From the NCBI GenBank assembly GCA_943788675.1, contig CALSRE010000002.1, forward strand, positions 137,371-201,370: 64,000 bases of DNA, given 5' to 3'. Of this stretch, positions 8,395 to 17,397 are shown piece by piece (within the stretch, counting starts at the first letter, position 1; each line of letters begins with the position of its first letter). The notes under the pieces are model-generated. The model had not been told where the DNA came from and searched no databases. It saw only the letters and a list, made by a program, of their open reading frames with translations. The DNA comes from an uncultured bacterium (lineage in GTDB: Bacteria > Fidelibacterota > Marinisomatia > Marinisomatales > Marinisomataceae). Position numbers and translations under genes: made by a program.

Positions 8395-9461
8395 AATACT
8401 TTTAAACTCTCAATAATTTGCTCAAATGATATATTGTCATTTATTTGTGACTTTCCAATCTCATCCAACAAAATAAATTTTACATTTGAAGCTCTGATTT
8501 TCTTGTCACTTTTAATATAGGTCATAAACTTATCATAATCTTCAATACTTACTGATGGTAGATCAAATTTTGATAATAAATATAAAGATTTATTGTACTC
8601 ATTGTTTGAAAGATTTCCATACTTATTTGATAAATATAAAGCACATTTCATCCCATAAAAAATTGCTTCTCCATGCAACAAAGTTCTGTAGTCAAAATAT
8701 CCCTCGATTGCATGTCCTACAGTATGTCCAAAATTCAATATCATTCGTAACTCATTTTCATTGACATCCTCACTAACAACATCGCTTTTTATCTCACAAC
8801 ACTGTATGATGATTTTTTCTAAAATTTTTATTGATTTATTTTCTATAATATTATCAATACTTGAAGCGATAAAATCAAATAATTCTCTATCATAAATAAA
8901 ACCATATTTTATTGCTTCTGCTAGAGCTGCATTTATTTGCCTATCTGGAAGTGTTAATAAAAAATTGATATCTATTTCAACCGCTTTTGGTTGATAAATC
9001 CTTCCAACAAGATTTTTGCCACTTTTAAGGTTAATACCAGTTTTACCTCCAATAGAAGAATCTACCATAGCTAATAATGTAGTAGGATATTGAACATAAT
9101 CAATTCCTCTCATATAAACTGAAGCAGCAAATCCAGCAATATCACCTACAACTCCTCCGCCAACTGCAAGAACAATTGATGAACGATCAAAGTGTTCTGA
9201 AGCCATCTTGTTGGTAATTTGTGTAATTGTTTCAAATGATTTAGCTTGCTCTCCATCATCTATTAAATGAATACTGATATTTGATAACTTAGATAATTGA
9301 TCAAATTTTTCTTTATAAAGCTTGTAAATATTATCCTGGCTGATGAGCATACATTGAGATTTTGTTGAAGATGCAACATGCAATATTGAGCTTACAAAGC
9401 TATCAATCATGCTTATTTTATAGCTGTCTAAACCTAAATCTACTTTAATTTTATTAGCCAT
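8391..9461 (-). CDS. aroB: 3-dehydroquinate synthase
   Basis: GGGVVGDIAGFAA, the NLVG segment (GKNLVGRIYQP) and FGHTVGHAIE motifs. I chose the start at the ATG at 9461 (MANKIKV...). The 33-codon extension in the track lies inside aroK. Confidence 0.9.
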   Translation of the reverse strand: MANKIKVDLGLDSYKISMIDSFVSSILHVASSTKSQCMLISQDNIYKLYKEKFDQLSKLSNISIHLIDDGEQAKSFETITQITNKMASEHFDRSSIVLAVGGGVVGDIAGFAASVYMRGIDYVQYPTTLLAMVDSSIGGKTGINLKSGKNLVGRIYQPKAVEIDINFLLTLPDRQINAALAEAIKYGFIYDRELFDFIASSIDNIIENKSIKILEKIIIQCCEIKSDVVSEDVNENELRMILNFGHTVGHAIEGYFDYRTLLHGEAIFYGMKCALYLSNKYGNLSNNEYNKSLYLLSKFDLPSVSIEDYDKFMTYIKSDKKIRASNVKFILLDEIGKSQINDNISFEQIIESLKVL

Positions 9462-9963
9462 TAACAAACTCCATAATCTTATCACAGTTATCACTAAGAG
9501 AATTTCTGTCAGTATCAACCTCACAGCTTGATAAAGAAAGATATAATTCTTTTCGTTCATTAAAAATCTTTTCTAACAACTGATGCTTGTTATTTTCTTT
9601 AAGTAATGGTCTTGAAGAGTCACCTTCGAGTCTATCTGTCAATACTTGCATAGATGTTTTGAGATAAATACAACACATACTAGCCATCAAATCATAACTC
9701 TTCTTAAATGTAACTGCTCCACCACCAACGGCTAAAACAATATTATTTCTTGATGAATATTTTTTTATTTCATCATATTCAAATTCTCTAAATTGTACTT
9801 CGCTTTTACTAAAAAGCTCATTAATTGATAAATTTTGCTTATTTATAATTTCTTGATCGATATCTATAAAACTCCATCCAAGCTTTTCTGAAAGCATTTT
9901 TCCGGTTGAAGATTTTCCAGATCCCATCATCCCAATTAAACAAAGTTGATTAGTATTTTCCAC
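9454..9963 (-). CDS. aroK: shikimate kinase
   Basis: Walker A motif LIGMMGSGKSSTGK and a size of 169 aa. Confidence 0.9.
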   Translation of the reverse strand: MENTNQLCLIGMMGSGKSSTGKMLSEKLGWSFIDIDQEIINKQNLSINELFSKSEVQFREFEYDEIKKYSSRNNIVLAVGGGAVTFKKSYDLMASMCCIYLKTSMQVLTDRLEGDSSRPLLKENNKHQLLEKIFNERKELYLSLSSCEVDTDRNSLSDNCDKIMEFVNG

Positions 9964-11110
9964 TGCTCTTGATATGTTTTTTTAATTGCTCCATGCTATC
10001 TCCACCAAATTTTTCTAATAAAGCGTCAGCTAAAACAATAGCTAACATGCTCTCACCAATAATTGATGCTGCAGGAACAGCGCAAGAATCGGTTCTTTCT
10101 TTATGTGCAAGCTTGGGCTCCATATTGGTTAGATCGATTGATCTGAGCGGCTTTATAAGCGTAGAAATGGGCTTCATGCTCACTTTTACGTGTATGGGCT
10201 GAGCATTGCTCATTCCTCCTTCAATACCTCCGGCATTGTTGCTTGCTCTCACGATTTTATCATTCTCATATAATATTTCATCATGTAATTCACTACCAAA
10301 TGCAGCAGAAGAGGCAAATCCGGCTCCAACTTCTACTCCTTTAAAAGCATTTACAGACATCATTGCCTGAGATATTCTTGCCTGCAATTTTCCATCTGCG
10401 TTAATATAGCTTCCTAACCCGTATGGCATACCTTTTGCAATAACTTCAAAAGATCCTCCAACAGAATCTCCGTTACTTTTGGCTTGATCAATAACTTCTA
10501 TCATTCTGTTCTCAGCCTCTTTATCTAAACATCGAACGGAGGATTTATCAGCTAAACTGTTCAATTTTGACATGCTTAAATCTTCATCTAATGCTTTAGA
10601 ATCTATGACATCATGAATTTGATAGACTCTGCTCCCAATTTGTATTCCAACCTCTTCTAATAGTTTTCTACAAACTGCACCAATCGCAACCCTCATCGCA
10701 GTTTCTCTAGCAGATGATCTTTCAAGAACATTTCTAATATCATCAAAATCATATTTCATTACTCCAGCTAAATCAGCATGACCAGGTCTTGGCATCGTAA
10801 CTTTTTTATGGTCTTTTTTTGGTTTACCAACAGCCATTCTATCTTCCCAATTAACCCAATCTAAATTTTTAATAATTAAAGAAATTGGCGATCCTAAAGT
10901 AACCTGATGTCTAACGCCGGAGAAAATTTCAGCAAAATCTTTTTCAATTTTCATTCTCTTTCCCCTACCGTGACCCTGCATTCTTCTAAGCAAATCAATT
11001 GATATATATTCCTCGGTAAGCTCTAAACCTGCAGGTATTCCTTCAATGATTCCTGTCAGCCCTTTTCCATGCGATTCGCCAGCAGTCATATATGATATCT
11101 TCTTTAACAT
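9950..11110 (-). CDS. aroC: chorismate synthase
   Basis: TAGESHGKGL, RPGHADL and ERSSARETA signatures. Confidence 0.95.
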   Translation of the reverse strand: MLKKISYMTAGESHGKGLTGIIEGIPAGLELTEEYISIDLLRRMQGHGRGKRMKIEKDFAEIFSGVRHQVTLGSPISLIIKNLDWVNWEDRMAVGKPKKDHKKVTMPRPGHADLAGVMKYDFDDIRNVLERSSARETAMRVAIGAVCRKLLEEVGIQIGSRVYQIHDVIDSKALDEDLSMSKLNSLADKSSVRCLDKEAENRMIEVIDQAKSNGDSVGGSFEVIAKGMPYGLGSYINADGKLQARISQAMMSVNAFKGVEVGAGFASSAAFGSELHDEILYENDKIVRASNNAGGIEGGMSNAQPIHVKVSMKPISTLIKPLRSIDLTNMEPKLAHKERTDSCAVPAASIIGESMLAIVLADALLEKFGGDSMEQLKKHIKSSGKY

Positions 11111-11925
11111 ATTATTTTCTCCAATTGTTTAATAATGGAATCAATTTTTGAATTCACATTATAGGTAGTTTCATTCCAAATTTCAATAGACTTCAATGCT
11201 TGAAATATTAGCATATCTAGACCATTAACTTTTTTTCCGTTAGTTTCAAATCTATTTAAAAACATTGTTGATTTAGAAGTGTAAATAAGATCTATTAAAT
11301 CAGCATTATCATTGACAGCAAAGTCAAAAAAATTATCACTATCGTTCATTGAATACATTCCAAGAGGAGTTGTATTAATAATCAATTCACAAGTTGAATG
11401 CTGCTTCCTAAATAAAACAATGTTATCATAGCCTAATTCTTTGGCAAATTCTATAACTTCAAGTGCATTTTTTTCACTTTTATTTTTAACAACAATCTCT
11501 CTTGCTTCTGAATCAATCAACGATTTAATAATAGTTTTTGCAGAAGAGCCTGCGCCTAAAACCATGCATTTTTTATTCTTTACTGCAATACCGTTTCTTG
11601 AACAAAGCATATCAAAACCATATTTGTCTGTATTGTATCCTTTTAAAATACCTTCTTTCATTGAAATACAATTAACATTATTTAGTATTTTCGCCTCGTG
11701 ATTAAGCTCATCCAAATAACCAATTACTTCATTCTTAAAAGGAATAGTAACATTTAACCCATTATAAGATGTTATTACTTTTTCAAAGAAGCTATCTAGC
11801 TCACGTTCAGTTAGTTTAATTTTTTCAAGAAAACAATCCTTAATATCTAGTTCTTTGTACAAAACTTTGTGCAATTCTGGGCTAATACTTTTAGAAACTG
11901 GATTACCTATTAATGCATATTTCAT
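11104..11925 (-). CDS. aroE: shikimate 5-dehydrogenase
   Basis: IGNPVSKSISP, NVTIPFK and VLGAGSSAK (NADP-binding) motifs. Confidence 0.9.
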   Translation of the reverse strand: MKYALIGNPVSKSISPELHKVLYKELDIKDCFLEKIKLTERELDSFFEKVITSYNGLNVTIPFKNEVIGYLDELNHEAKILNNVNCISMKEGILKGYNTDKYGFDMLCSRNGIAVKNKKCMVLGAGSSAKTIIKSLIDSEAREIVVKNKSEKNALEVIEFAKELGYDNIVLFRKQHSTCELIINTTPLGMYSMNDSDNFFDFAVNDNADLIDLIYTSKSTMFLNRFETNGKKVNGLDMLIFQALKSIEIWNETTYNVNSKIDSIIKQLEKIIC

Positions 11926-13172
11926 TCAGCTACTCTTTTTATCAAATTAAAGAAGTTTGGTAATGAAATATCGATGCAATCTTTGTTATCTAGATGATAT
12001 TTTCCAAACGATGTTAAGCTCAAGATTGTGAAAGCCATAGCTATTCGATGATCATGAAAAGTTGTAATTTCAGCTAACTTATCAGGCTTACCTCCCTCGA
12101 CAAAAAGACTGTTATCTTTTTCGTAAGCATTAATTCCAAAAGCATTAAGATTATGTATAATTGCGTGCAACCTATCACATTCTTTATATTTTAATTCTTC
12201 TATATTTCGAAATATTGTAATGCCATTAGAGTATGCTGCTACAACAGATAAAATAGGTATCTCATCTATGATTGAAGGAATTATTTCAGACTCTACTTCT
12301 ACCGAAGTTAGATCAGAAGTGCTAAAAGTTATATCTCCGGTCTTTTCACCATTATTCAACTGTTTATTGCCCACAGCTAAATTGCAATTCATTTTTTTTA
12401 GGACGTCAATAAATCCAATTCTAGTTTTATTCAACAGCACATTATTAAGAGTTAATTCTGAGTTATCATTTATTACGGCTATAGCTGCAAAAAAAGCTGC
12501 AGATGATGGATCTGAAGGAATTGTTATATTAATAGGATTAAGTTTATTTTTTAGAGGATAAATATTAATACTTTTGTCTATAAAACTAATAGTTGCGCCC
12601 ATATTTTTTAACATAACCTCTGTATGATTTCTTGTTAAAATATTCTCATGAACTGTTGATGGACTATCTCCTCCTAAGGCGGCTAGCAAAATACATGATT
12701 TGACTTGTGCGCTAGCAACAGGAATTTTATAATCAATAGAGCGTATTCCTTCTTTAGCATTTATGGTCAATGGCAACAAATTATCGTTAGAAGAAATATC
12801 ACAACCCATTTTTTGCAATGGAGTGATAATACGTTTCATTGGCCTAGAAGACAATGAGCTATCTCCAACAAGAGTAAAATCTAATTTTTGTGAAGATAGG
12901 AGCCCTGAAATTAGTCTTGTTGTTGTTCCAGAATTTCCACAATCTAATTTTTCATTTGGGTTAGTTAATTCTACCCCCTCAATAGTAATAGTTTGATTTC
13001 TACTATCAATTTTAGCTCCGCAGGCTTTTAATGCATTGATTGTTGATTGTAAGTCAGCACCATCATTCAAATTCCTAATGGTACTTTTTCCATCTGCAAT
13101 AGATGAAAGCATTATTGCGCGATGAGAAATTGACTTATCTCCCGGTAAATATAATGTTCCTTTAACTTGCAT
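11922..13172 (-). CDS. aroA: 3-phosphoshikimate 1-carboxyvinyltransferase (EPSP synthase)
   Basis: LPGDKSISHRA, CGNSGTTTRL and DHRIAMAF motifs. Confidence 0.95.
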   Translation of the reverse strand: MQVKGTLYLPGDKSISHRAIMLSSIADGKSTIRNLNDGADLQSTINALKACGAKIDSRNQTITIEGVELTNPNEKLDCGNSGTTTRLISGLLSSQKLDFTLVGDSSLSSRPMKRIITPLQKMGCDISSNDNLLPLTINAKEGIRSIDYKIPVASAQVKSCILLAALGGDSPSTVHENILTRNHTEVMLKNMGATISFIDKSINIYPLKNKLNPINITIPSDPSSAAFFAAIAVINDNSELTLNNVLLNKTRIGFIDVLKKMNCNLAVGNKQLNNGEKTGDITFSTSDLTSVEVESEIIPSIIDEIPILSVVAAYSNGITIFRNIEELKYKECDRLHAIIHNLNAFGINAYEKDNSLFVEGGKPDKLAEITTFHDHRIAMAFTILSLTSFGKYHLDNKDCIDISLPNFFNLIKRVAE

Positions 13173-14513
13173 TTATTTCTTTAATTTTTCTGCAATGTTA
13201 AATGAAAGCTCTAAAGCTTGGTTCGCATTTAATCTTGGATCACAATGAGTATGATATCTAGAGTTCAAATCATCATCTCCAACCTTATAAATTCCTCCAG
13301 TACATTCAGTAACGTTCTGACCGGTCATTTCTAGATGAATACCTCCAAGATGTCTTTCTTTCGACTTTAAAATTTCAATGGCTTTACTTGTTTCATTCAA
13401 AAGTGAGTTAAAGTCTCTTGTTTTTAGACCTGACGATGACTTAACTGTGTTGCCGTGCATAGGATCTGATATCCATAATACATTCTTTTTATGCTTTACT
13501 ATAACATCAACCAATTCAGGGAGATACTTATCAATACTTTCTTCTCCATACCTAAAAATAAGTGAAATCTTTCCTGGATCATTGGTAGGATTAATTTTAT
13601 CTATTATTTTGATAAGCTCTTGATTATCAAGGCTAGGGCCGCATTTAATACCAATCGGATTGCTAATGCCGCTACAGTACTCAACATGTGCACTATCAAT
13701 AAAACGAGTTCTATCACCTATCCATATAAAATGTGCTGAAGTACAATATATTTCATTAGAAAGTGAATCAACTCTGGTTAAAGCTTCTTCGTATGGAAGA
13801 TGTAAGCCTTCATGACTAGTGTAGAAGTCAACAGTATTTAAATCAATTACAGTTGAAGTATTTACACCAACCGCGTCCATAAAATCTAAATATTCATTAA
13901 TTTTACCAGCAATCTCTTCATATCTCTTTCCTTCTTCGCTAGCTTTTACAAATCCCATATTCCAGGAATTAACTTTACGCAAATTTGCAAAGCCTCCTTG
14001 AGCAAAAGATCGCAATAAATTCAATGTTGAAGCTGACTGTGAATAAGCTCTTAACAGTCTTGCAGGATTTGGTTCACGTTTTTCTTCAGAAAACTCTATT
14101 CCGTTGATTGAATCGCCATAATAGCTATTTAATGTCTTTCCATTAACAGTTTCACGATCCGAAGATCTAGGTTTTGCAAATTGTCCAGCGATTCTTCCAA
14201 GCTTGATTACTGGAACTTTTAATTTAGCTGTAATAACTGCACTCATTTGCAGAATAACCCTAAAAGTGTCTCTAATATTATTTGCATTGAATTCTTTGAA
14301 ACTTTCTGCACAATCACCTCCCTGCACCAAAAATCCATCTCCATTACTTGCCTTAGCTAGTTCTTGCTTTAAATTTCTACACTCTCCAGCAAATACTAGA
14401 GGAGGAAAACCTTCAAGTTTTTTTAATGCTTTTTCAAGCTGTTTTACATCATTATACTCCGGAATATGTTTAATGGTAAAATTTTTCCATGAATCTTTTG
14501 TCCATTTTGACAT
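13173..14513 (-). CDS. 3-deoxy-7-phosphoheptulonate (DAHP) synthase, class II
   Basis: 446 aa with PPLVFAGECRNL and GFLVQGGDCAESF, which are characteristic of class II (plant/actinobacterial type) DAHP synthases. Confidence 0.9.
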   Translation of the reverse strand: MSKWTKDSWKNFTIKHIPEYNDVKQLEKALKKLEGFPPLVFAGECRNLKQELAKASNGDGFLVQGGDCAESFKEFNANNIRDTFRVILQMSAVITAKLKVPVIKLGRIAGQFAKPRSSDRETVNGKTLNSYYGDSINGIEFSEEKREPNPARLLRAYSQSASTLNLLRSFAQGGFANLRKVNSWNMGFVKASEEGKRYEEIAGKINEYLDFMDAVGVNTSTVIDLNTVDFYTSHEGLHLPYEEALTRVDSLSNEIYCTSAHFIWIGDRTRFIDSAHVEYCSGISNPIGIKCGPSLDNQELIKIIDKINPTNDPGKISLIFRYGEESIDKYLPELVDVIVKHKKNVLWISDPMHGNTVKSSSGLKTRDFNSLLNETSKAIEILKSKERHLGGIHLEMTGQNVTECTGGIYKVGDDDLNSRYHTHCDPRLNANQALELSFNIAEKLKK

Positions 14514-14773
14514 TATAATTCCTCGACTTTCTTTGATTCTGTAATGATAGATTTATAGATAGGTTTTAAAAATGAAGCTTCTACAGTAGAAAACCTTGCA
14601 TCAATTTTAGCATAAATTGCATTTTCTCTTTCTTGGTCTAAGACTGGTAGTCCTTCTTGTTTTTTGATATACCCTATTGTATTTACCGCATCTAATCTTT
14701 CTAATAATAAGTCAAAAATTTGATTATCAGCTTTATCTATTCTATATCTGTTTTCTAATATTTTTTTGTTCAT
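14513..14773 (-). CDS. chorismate mutase (AroQ class, monofunctional)
   Basis: RIDKADNQIFDLLLERLDAVNTIGYIKK is a typical CM_2 helix. I prefer the ATG at 14773 (MNKKIL...) because the GGAGG SD lies inside the first codons of the track ORF (ATGGAGGAAAAAATG). Confidence 0.85.
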   Translation of the reverse strand: MNKKILENRYRIDKADNQIFDLLLERLDAVNTIGYIKKQEGLPVLDQERENAIYAKIDARFSTVEASFLKPIYKSIITESKKVEEL

Positions 14774-14790
14774 TTTTTCCTCCATATAAC

Positions 14791-14819
14791 AAAAAACCCT
14801 AGCGGGTTTTGCTAGGGTT
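14791..14819 (-). terminator. intrinsic terminator, candidate attenuator of the aromatic amino-acid operon
   Basis: The minus strand reads AACCCUAGC-AAAACCC-GCUAGGGUU followed by UUUU. That is a 9-bp stem and a 7-nt loop, ending 18 nt before the chorismate mutase ATG and 29 nt after the leader ORF stop. Confidence 0.7.
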
Positions 14820-14847
14820 CATGTAGAGTTTTGATATAATTATATCT

Positions 14848-14907
14848 TTAGGCTTCTACAGTCCCCCTGCTTCTAAAATAAAAATAGTAGTTATAAAATT
14901 TGCTCAT
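14848..14907 (-). CDS. Phe/Tyr-rich leader peptide (19 aa): MSKFYNYYFYFRSRGTVEA
   Basis: My translation of the minus strand gives ATG AGC AAA TTT TAT AAC TAC TAT TTT TAT TTT AGA AGC AGG GGG ACT GTA GAA GCC TAA. Seven of codons 4-11 are Phe or Tyr. It lies between a promoter-like element and a terminator, directly upstream of the pheA/tyrA-containing operon. It is too short for the ORF track. Confidence 0.6.
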   Translation of the reverse strand: MSKFYNYYFYFRSRGTVEA

Positions 14908-14913
14908 TGAACT

Positions 14914-14942
14914 AGTTTAAACATCGATATATACGGATTCAA
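14914..14942 (-). promoter_or_regulatory. candidate sigma-70 promoter of the leader/aromatic operon (TTGAAT-17 nt-TAAACT)
   Basis: On the minus strand, TTGAAT lies at 14942-14937 and TAAACT at 14919-14914. The leader ATG (14907) is 6 nt downstream of the -10 element. Confidence 0.45.
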
Positions 14943-14950
14943 GGAAAATA

Positions 14951-17347
14951 TTATTTAGATTTAAAAATCAATTTAGAAGATTTGGTATCATTGATAGCAT
15001 CATAAGAAAATTTAAAAGGTTTGAATTCACCAGCATTATACATTTCAGTTTGATCATCATAATGTTGTGACCTAAAAAGTCCTGACTGTCCAGTCGGTAA
15101 AATACTATATCCATTATCAAAGTTTGAAAAATCAATTACTCTCCTCATAGATGACCCTGCACGAACATTAAATGGCTCGCTAACAGAGTAACTTGCTGCT
15201 CTAGGAGTCATACCTGACCCCGCCATTGGATATGGCCCTACACTAAAGTTAATTAATCTTTTTACTAGAGGGTCTTTATCCAGACGATGACGATAAGTCA
15301 CTTGGTGCACCTGACCCCATGATAAGTCTTTTGGGTTTCCATAATTTTCTGCAAGAAATACATGTGCATCATGGAAAGACTTATTAACGATATCATTTAA
15401 GGTTTCTTGTTCATCAGTTAACACATTATCTACCCATAATGTCGCCTCACCATCAAATGTTTTTCTTATAGCCAATGAACGGATATATTTCAAGCTGTAA
15501 AACGTGTCAAATGAATCATCCCCAAAACTATACAACTCATCCTGAAATAGATTTTGAACTAATTGTAGATATACTGCATGAAAAGCTACTGTAGCACCTG
15601 AATCAATTGATTCAATACCATCCCACCCTTTTAGCATGTCATATATTTTATCTCCTTCATCTGAAAAGCCTTGAGTATAATTTGCAATAAATAAAGGAGC
15701 ATATTCTTGTCCAAACGGTGATGTGATATCATTGAGAATAGATTTCATATCATTAACGTCAAATTTAGCATCGATTCTTAATCTTCTATCAATTTGCTCT
15801 CCACGACTAGGGTCTGCCCAATATCGTGATATGTAGTATGGATATTCATCCCCAATAATCTTATTATTTCCATTAGAAATATATCCTTTATCAGGATTAA
15901 AAGAATATGGCATTTCATCAAAAGGAATATATCCTTGCCAATCATGCTTTGTGGTAGTTCCGTCAAAAGGAATAAGCATTTCAGCATCAAACCTTATCGG
16001 AACCTTTGAACTAGGTCTCCATCCAATATTGCCTTCCTTATCAGCGTATGTCCAATTTTGACCTGGAGCACCAAACATCTTAGAAGCCTCAGAAAATTCT
16101 TCCCAATTAGATGCCTGAGCTAACATAAACAATCCTGTAGTTTCATCAAAAGCGTCATATTCAGTCCATTGAAATGAAATGGCTTTATTCAATGCTTTCG
16201 CATCTCTGTGTATCTTGCTTACAATTGGACCTCTGTGTGTAGAACGAATAGTAATTTTTCTAATATCACCAGACTTTAGAGTTATCTCCTCTTCTTCAAT
16301 TAATAAGTCTCTCCATTCACCATCTACATAATACTGTGTTTGATCTTCGTTTAAGGATTCAATATAAAAATCCATGTCATCTGTCATGACATTAGTAAAA
16401 CCCCATCCTATGTATTCATTATGTCCAATGACTGGTAAAGGAAATCCATAAAGACCATAGCCGCCAAAATTAAAGTTGTCACTTTTTAGTCGTATCTCAT
16501 ACCACCAGGGTGGCTGATTGTAGGCTAAGTGAGGATCGTTTGCTAAAAGTGGTTGTCCAGAAACTGTTTTAGAACCAGAAACAGCCCAGGCATTTGAACC
16601 ATATCCATGTCTATCTGTTTTTAATAGACTTCTTAAACCTTTGGTGTCGCTGGCAAATTGCTGATAGCTTTTAAGTAACACATCATTTGATGCTATTGTG
16701 ACATAATCTTTCTTATATGCGGGTAAAATTTCAGCTAAATATTCTGGACCAAGCTGCTCATTAATTGCTCCAAAGAAAAGTTCTGAATCCCATCCCCCTT
16801 GCAATTCCCAGGCCATCATTGTGCTTAAAGCAATAATATCTAGAGGTTCGAAGACAGGTAATTCTTTGATCTGCAATAACTTGAATTCTAATGGATATTC
16901 TGATGTACTTAAGCTTTCTACATAGGCATTAATACCATAGCAGGTATCTTCTAAATGCTTCATAATTTCAGGAGGTACTTTATCAAAGGTTTTCTTGGCA
17001 GTTTTTTCAAAACCTAGGGTTCTTAGAAAACGATCTTCAGCAAATAATGTATCATTTACAACAAGACTTAATTGCCCTTTATATGCATATTTCATGAAGG
17101 CCATTTGGAATAATCTATCTCTAGCACCGATATATCCAGCAACTTTAAACATATCAGAATCATTTTCTGCGAAAACACTGGGAACGCCATAGTCATCGAA
17201 GAAAACTTCTACATCTTCAGATAGAGATAATTGAGAATTTATTCCTTCGTAAGAAACTTCTACAGGCTTTAAAAATGAATTAATTGAGTAATTTATTATT
17301 ATGAATAAAATAATTAATGAAAATAGAATTTTATAACGGTTTCCCAT
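14951..17347 (-). CDS. penicillin acylase / acyl-homoserine-lactone acylase family Ntn-hydrolase
   Basis: About 800 aa with an N-terminal signal/anchor and a GSNAWAVSG (Ser nucleophile of the beta chain) ... LLANDPHL signature. I prefer the ATG at 17347 over the TTG at 17362. Confidence 0.85.
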   Translation of the reverse strand: MGNRYKILFSLIILFIIINYSINSFLKPVEVSYEGINSQLSLSEDVEVFFDDYGVPSVFAENDSDMFKVAGYIGARDRLFQMAFMKYAYKGQLSLVVNDTLFAEDRFLRTLGFEKTAKKTFDKVPPEIMKHLEDTCYGINAYVESLSTSEYPLEFKLLQIKELPVFEPLDIIALSTMMAWELQGGWDSELFFGAINEQLGPEYLAEILPAYKKDYVTIASNDVLLKSYQQFASDTKGLRSLLKTDRHGYGSNAWAVSGSKTVSGQPLLANDPHLAYNQPPWWYEIRLKSDNFNFGGYGLYGFPLPVIGHNEYIGWGFTNVMTDDMDFYIESLNEDQTQYYVDGEWRDLLIEEEEITLKSGDIRKITIRSTHRGPIVSKIHRDAKALNKAISFQWTEYDAFDETTGLFMLAQASNWEEFSEASKMFGAPGQNWTYADKEGNIGWRPSSKVPIRFDAEMLIPFDGTTTKHDWQGYIPFDEMPYSFNPDKGYISNGNNKIIGDEYPYYISRYWADPSRGEQIDRRLRIDAKFDVNDMKSILNDITSPFGQEYAPLFIANYTQGFSDEGDKIYDMLKGWDGIESIDSGATVAFHAVYLQLVQNLFQDELYSFGDDSFDTFYSLKYIRSLAIRKTFDGEATLWVDNVLTDEQETLNDIVNKSFHDAHVFLAENYGNPKDLSWGQVHQVTYRHRLDKDPLVKRLINFSVGPYPMAGSGMTPRAASYSVSEPFNVRAGSSMRRVIDFSNFDNGYSILPTGQSGLFRSQHYDDQTEMYNAGEFKPFKFSYDAINDTKSSKLIFKSK

Positions 17348-17397
17348 TACAAAAACTAACAAGAAATTACTTTTTAAGAGAGTAATTTTTTAAAAAC

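Noticed and set aside
9462-9560. N-terminal 33-codon extension of aroB given in the track
   Set aside because: The extension lies wholly within the aroK coding region and is hydrophobic nonsense. The ATG at 9461 (MANKIKV...) gives a normal AroB N-terminus and an 8-nt overlap typical of this operon.
14786-14950. T-box or riboswitch upstream of the aromatic operon
   Set aside because: The region is only about 165 nt. I could not see a T-box consensus (AANNNGGGTGGNACCGCG-like) or a specifier-loop architecture. The leader-ORF plus terminator model fits better.
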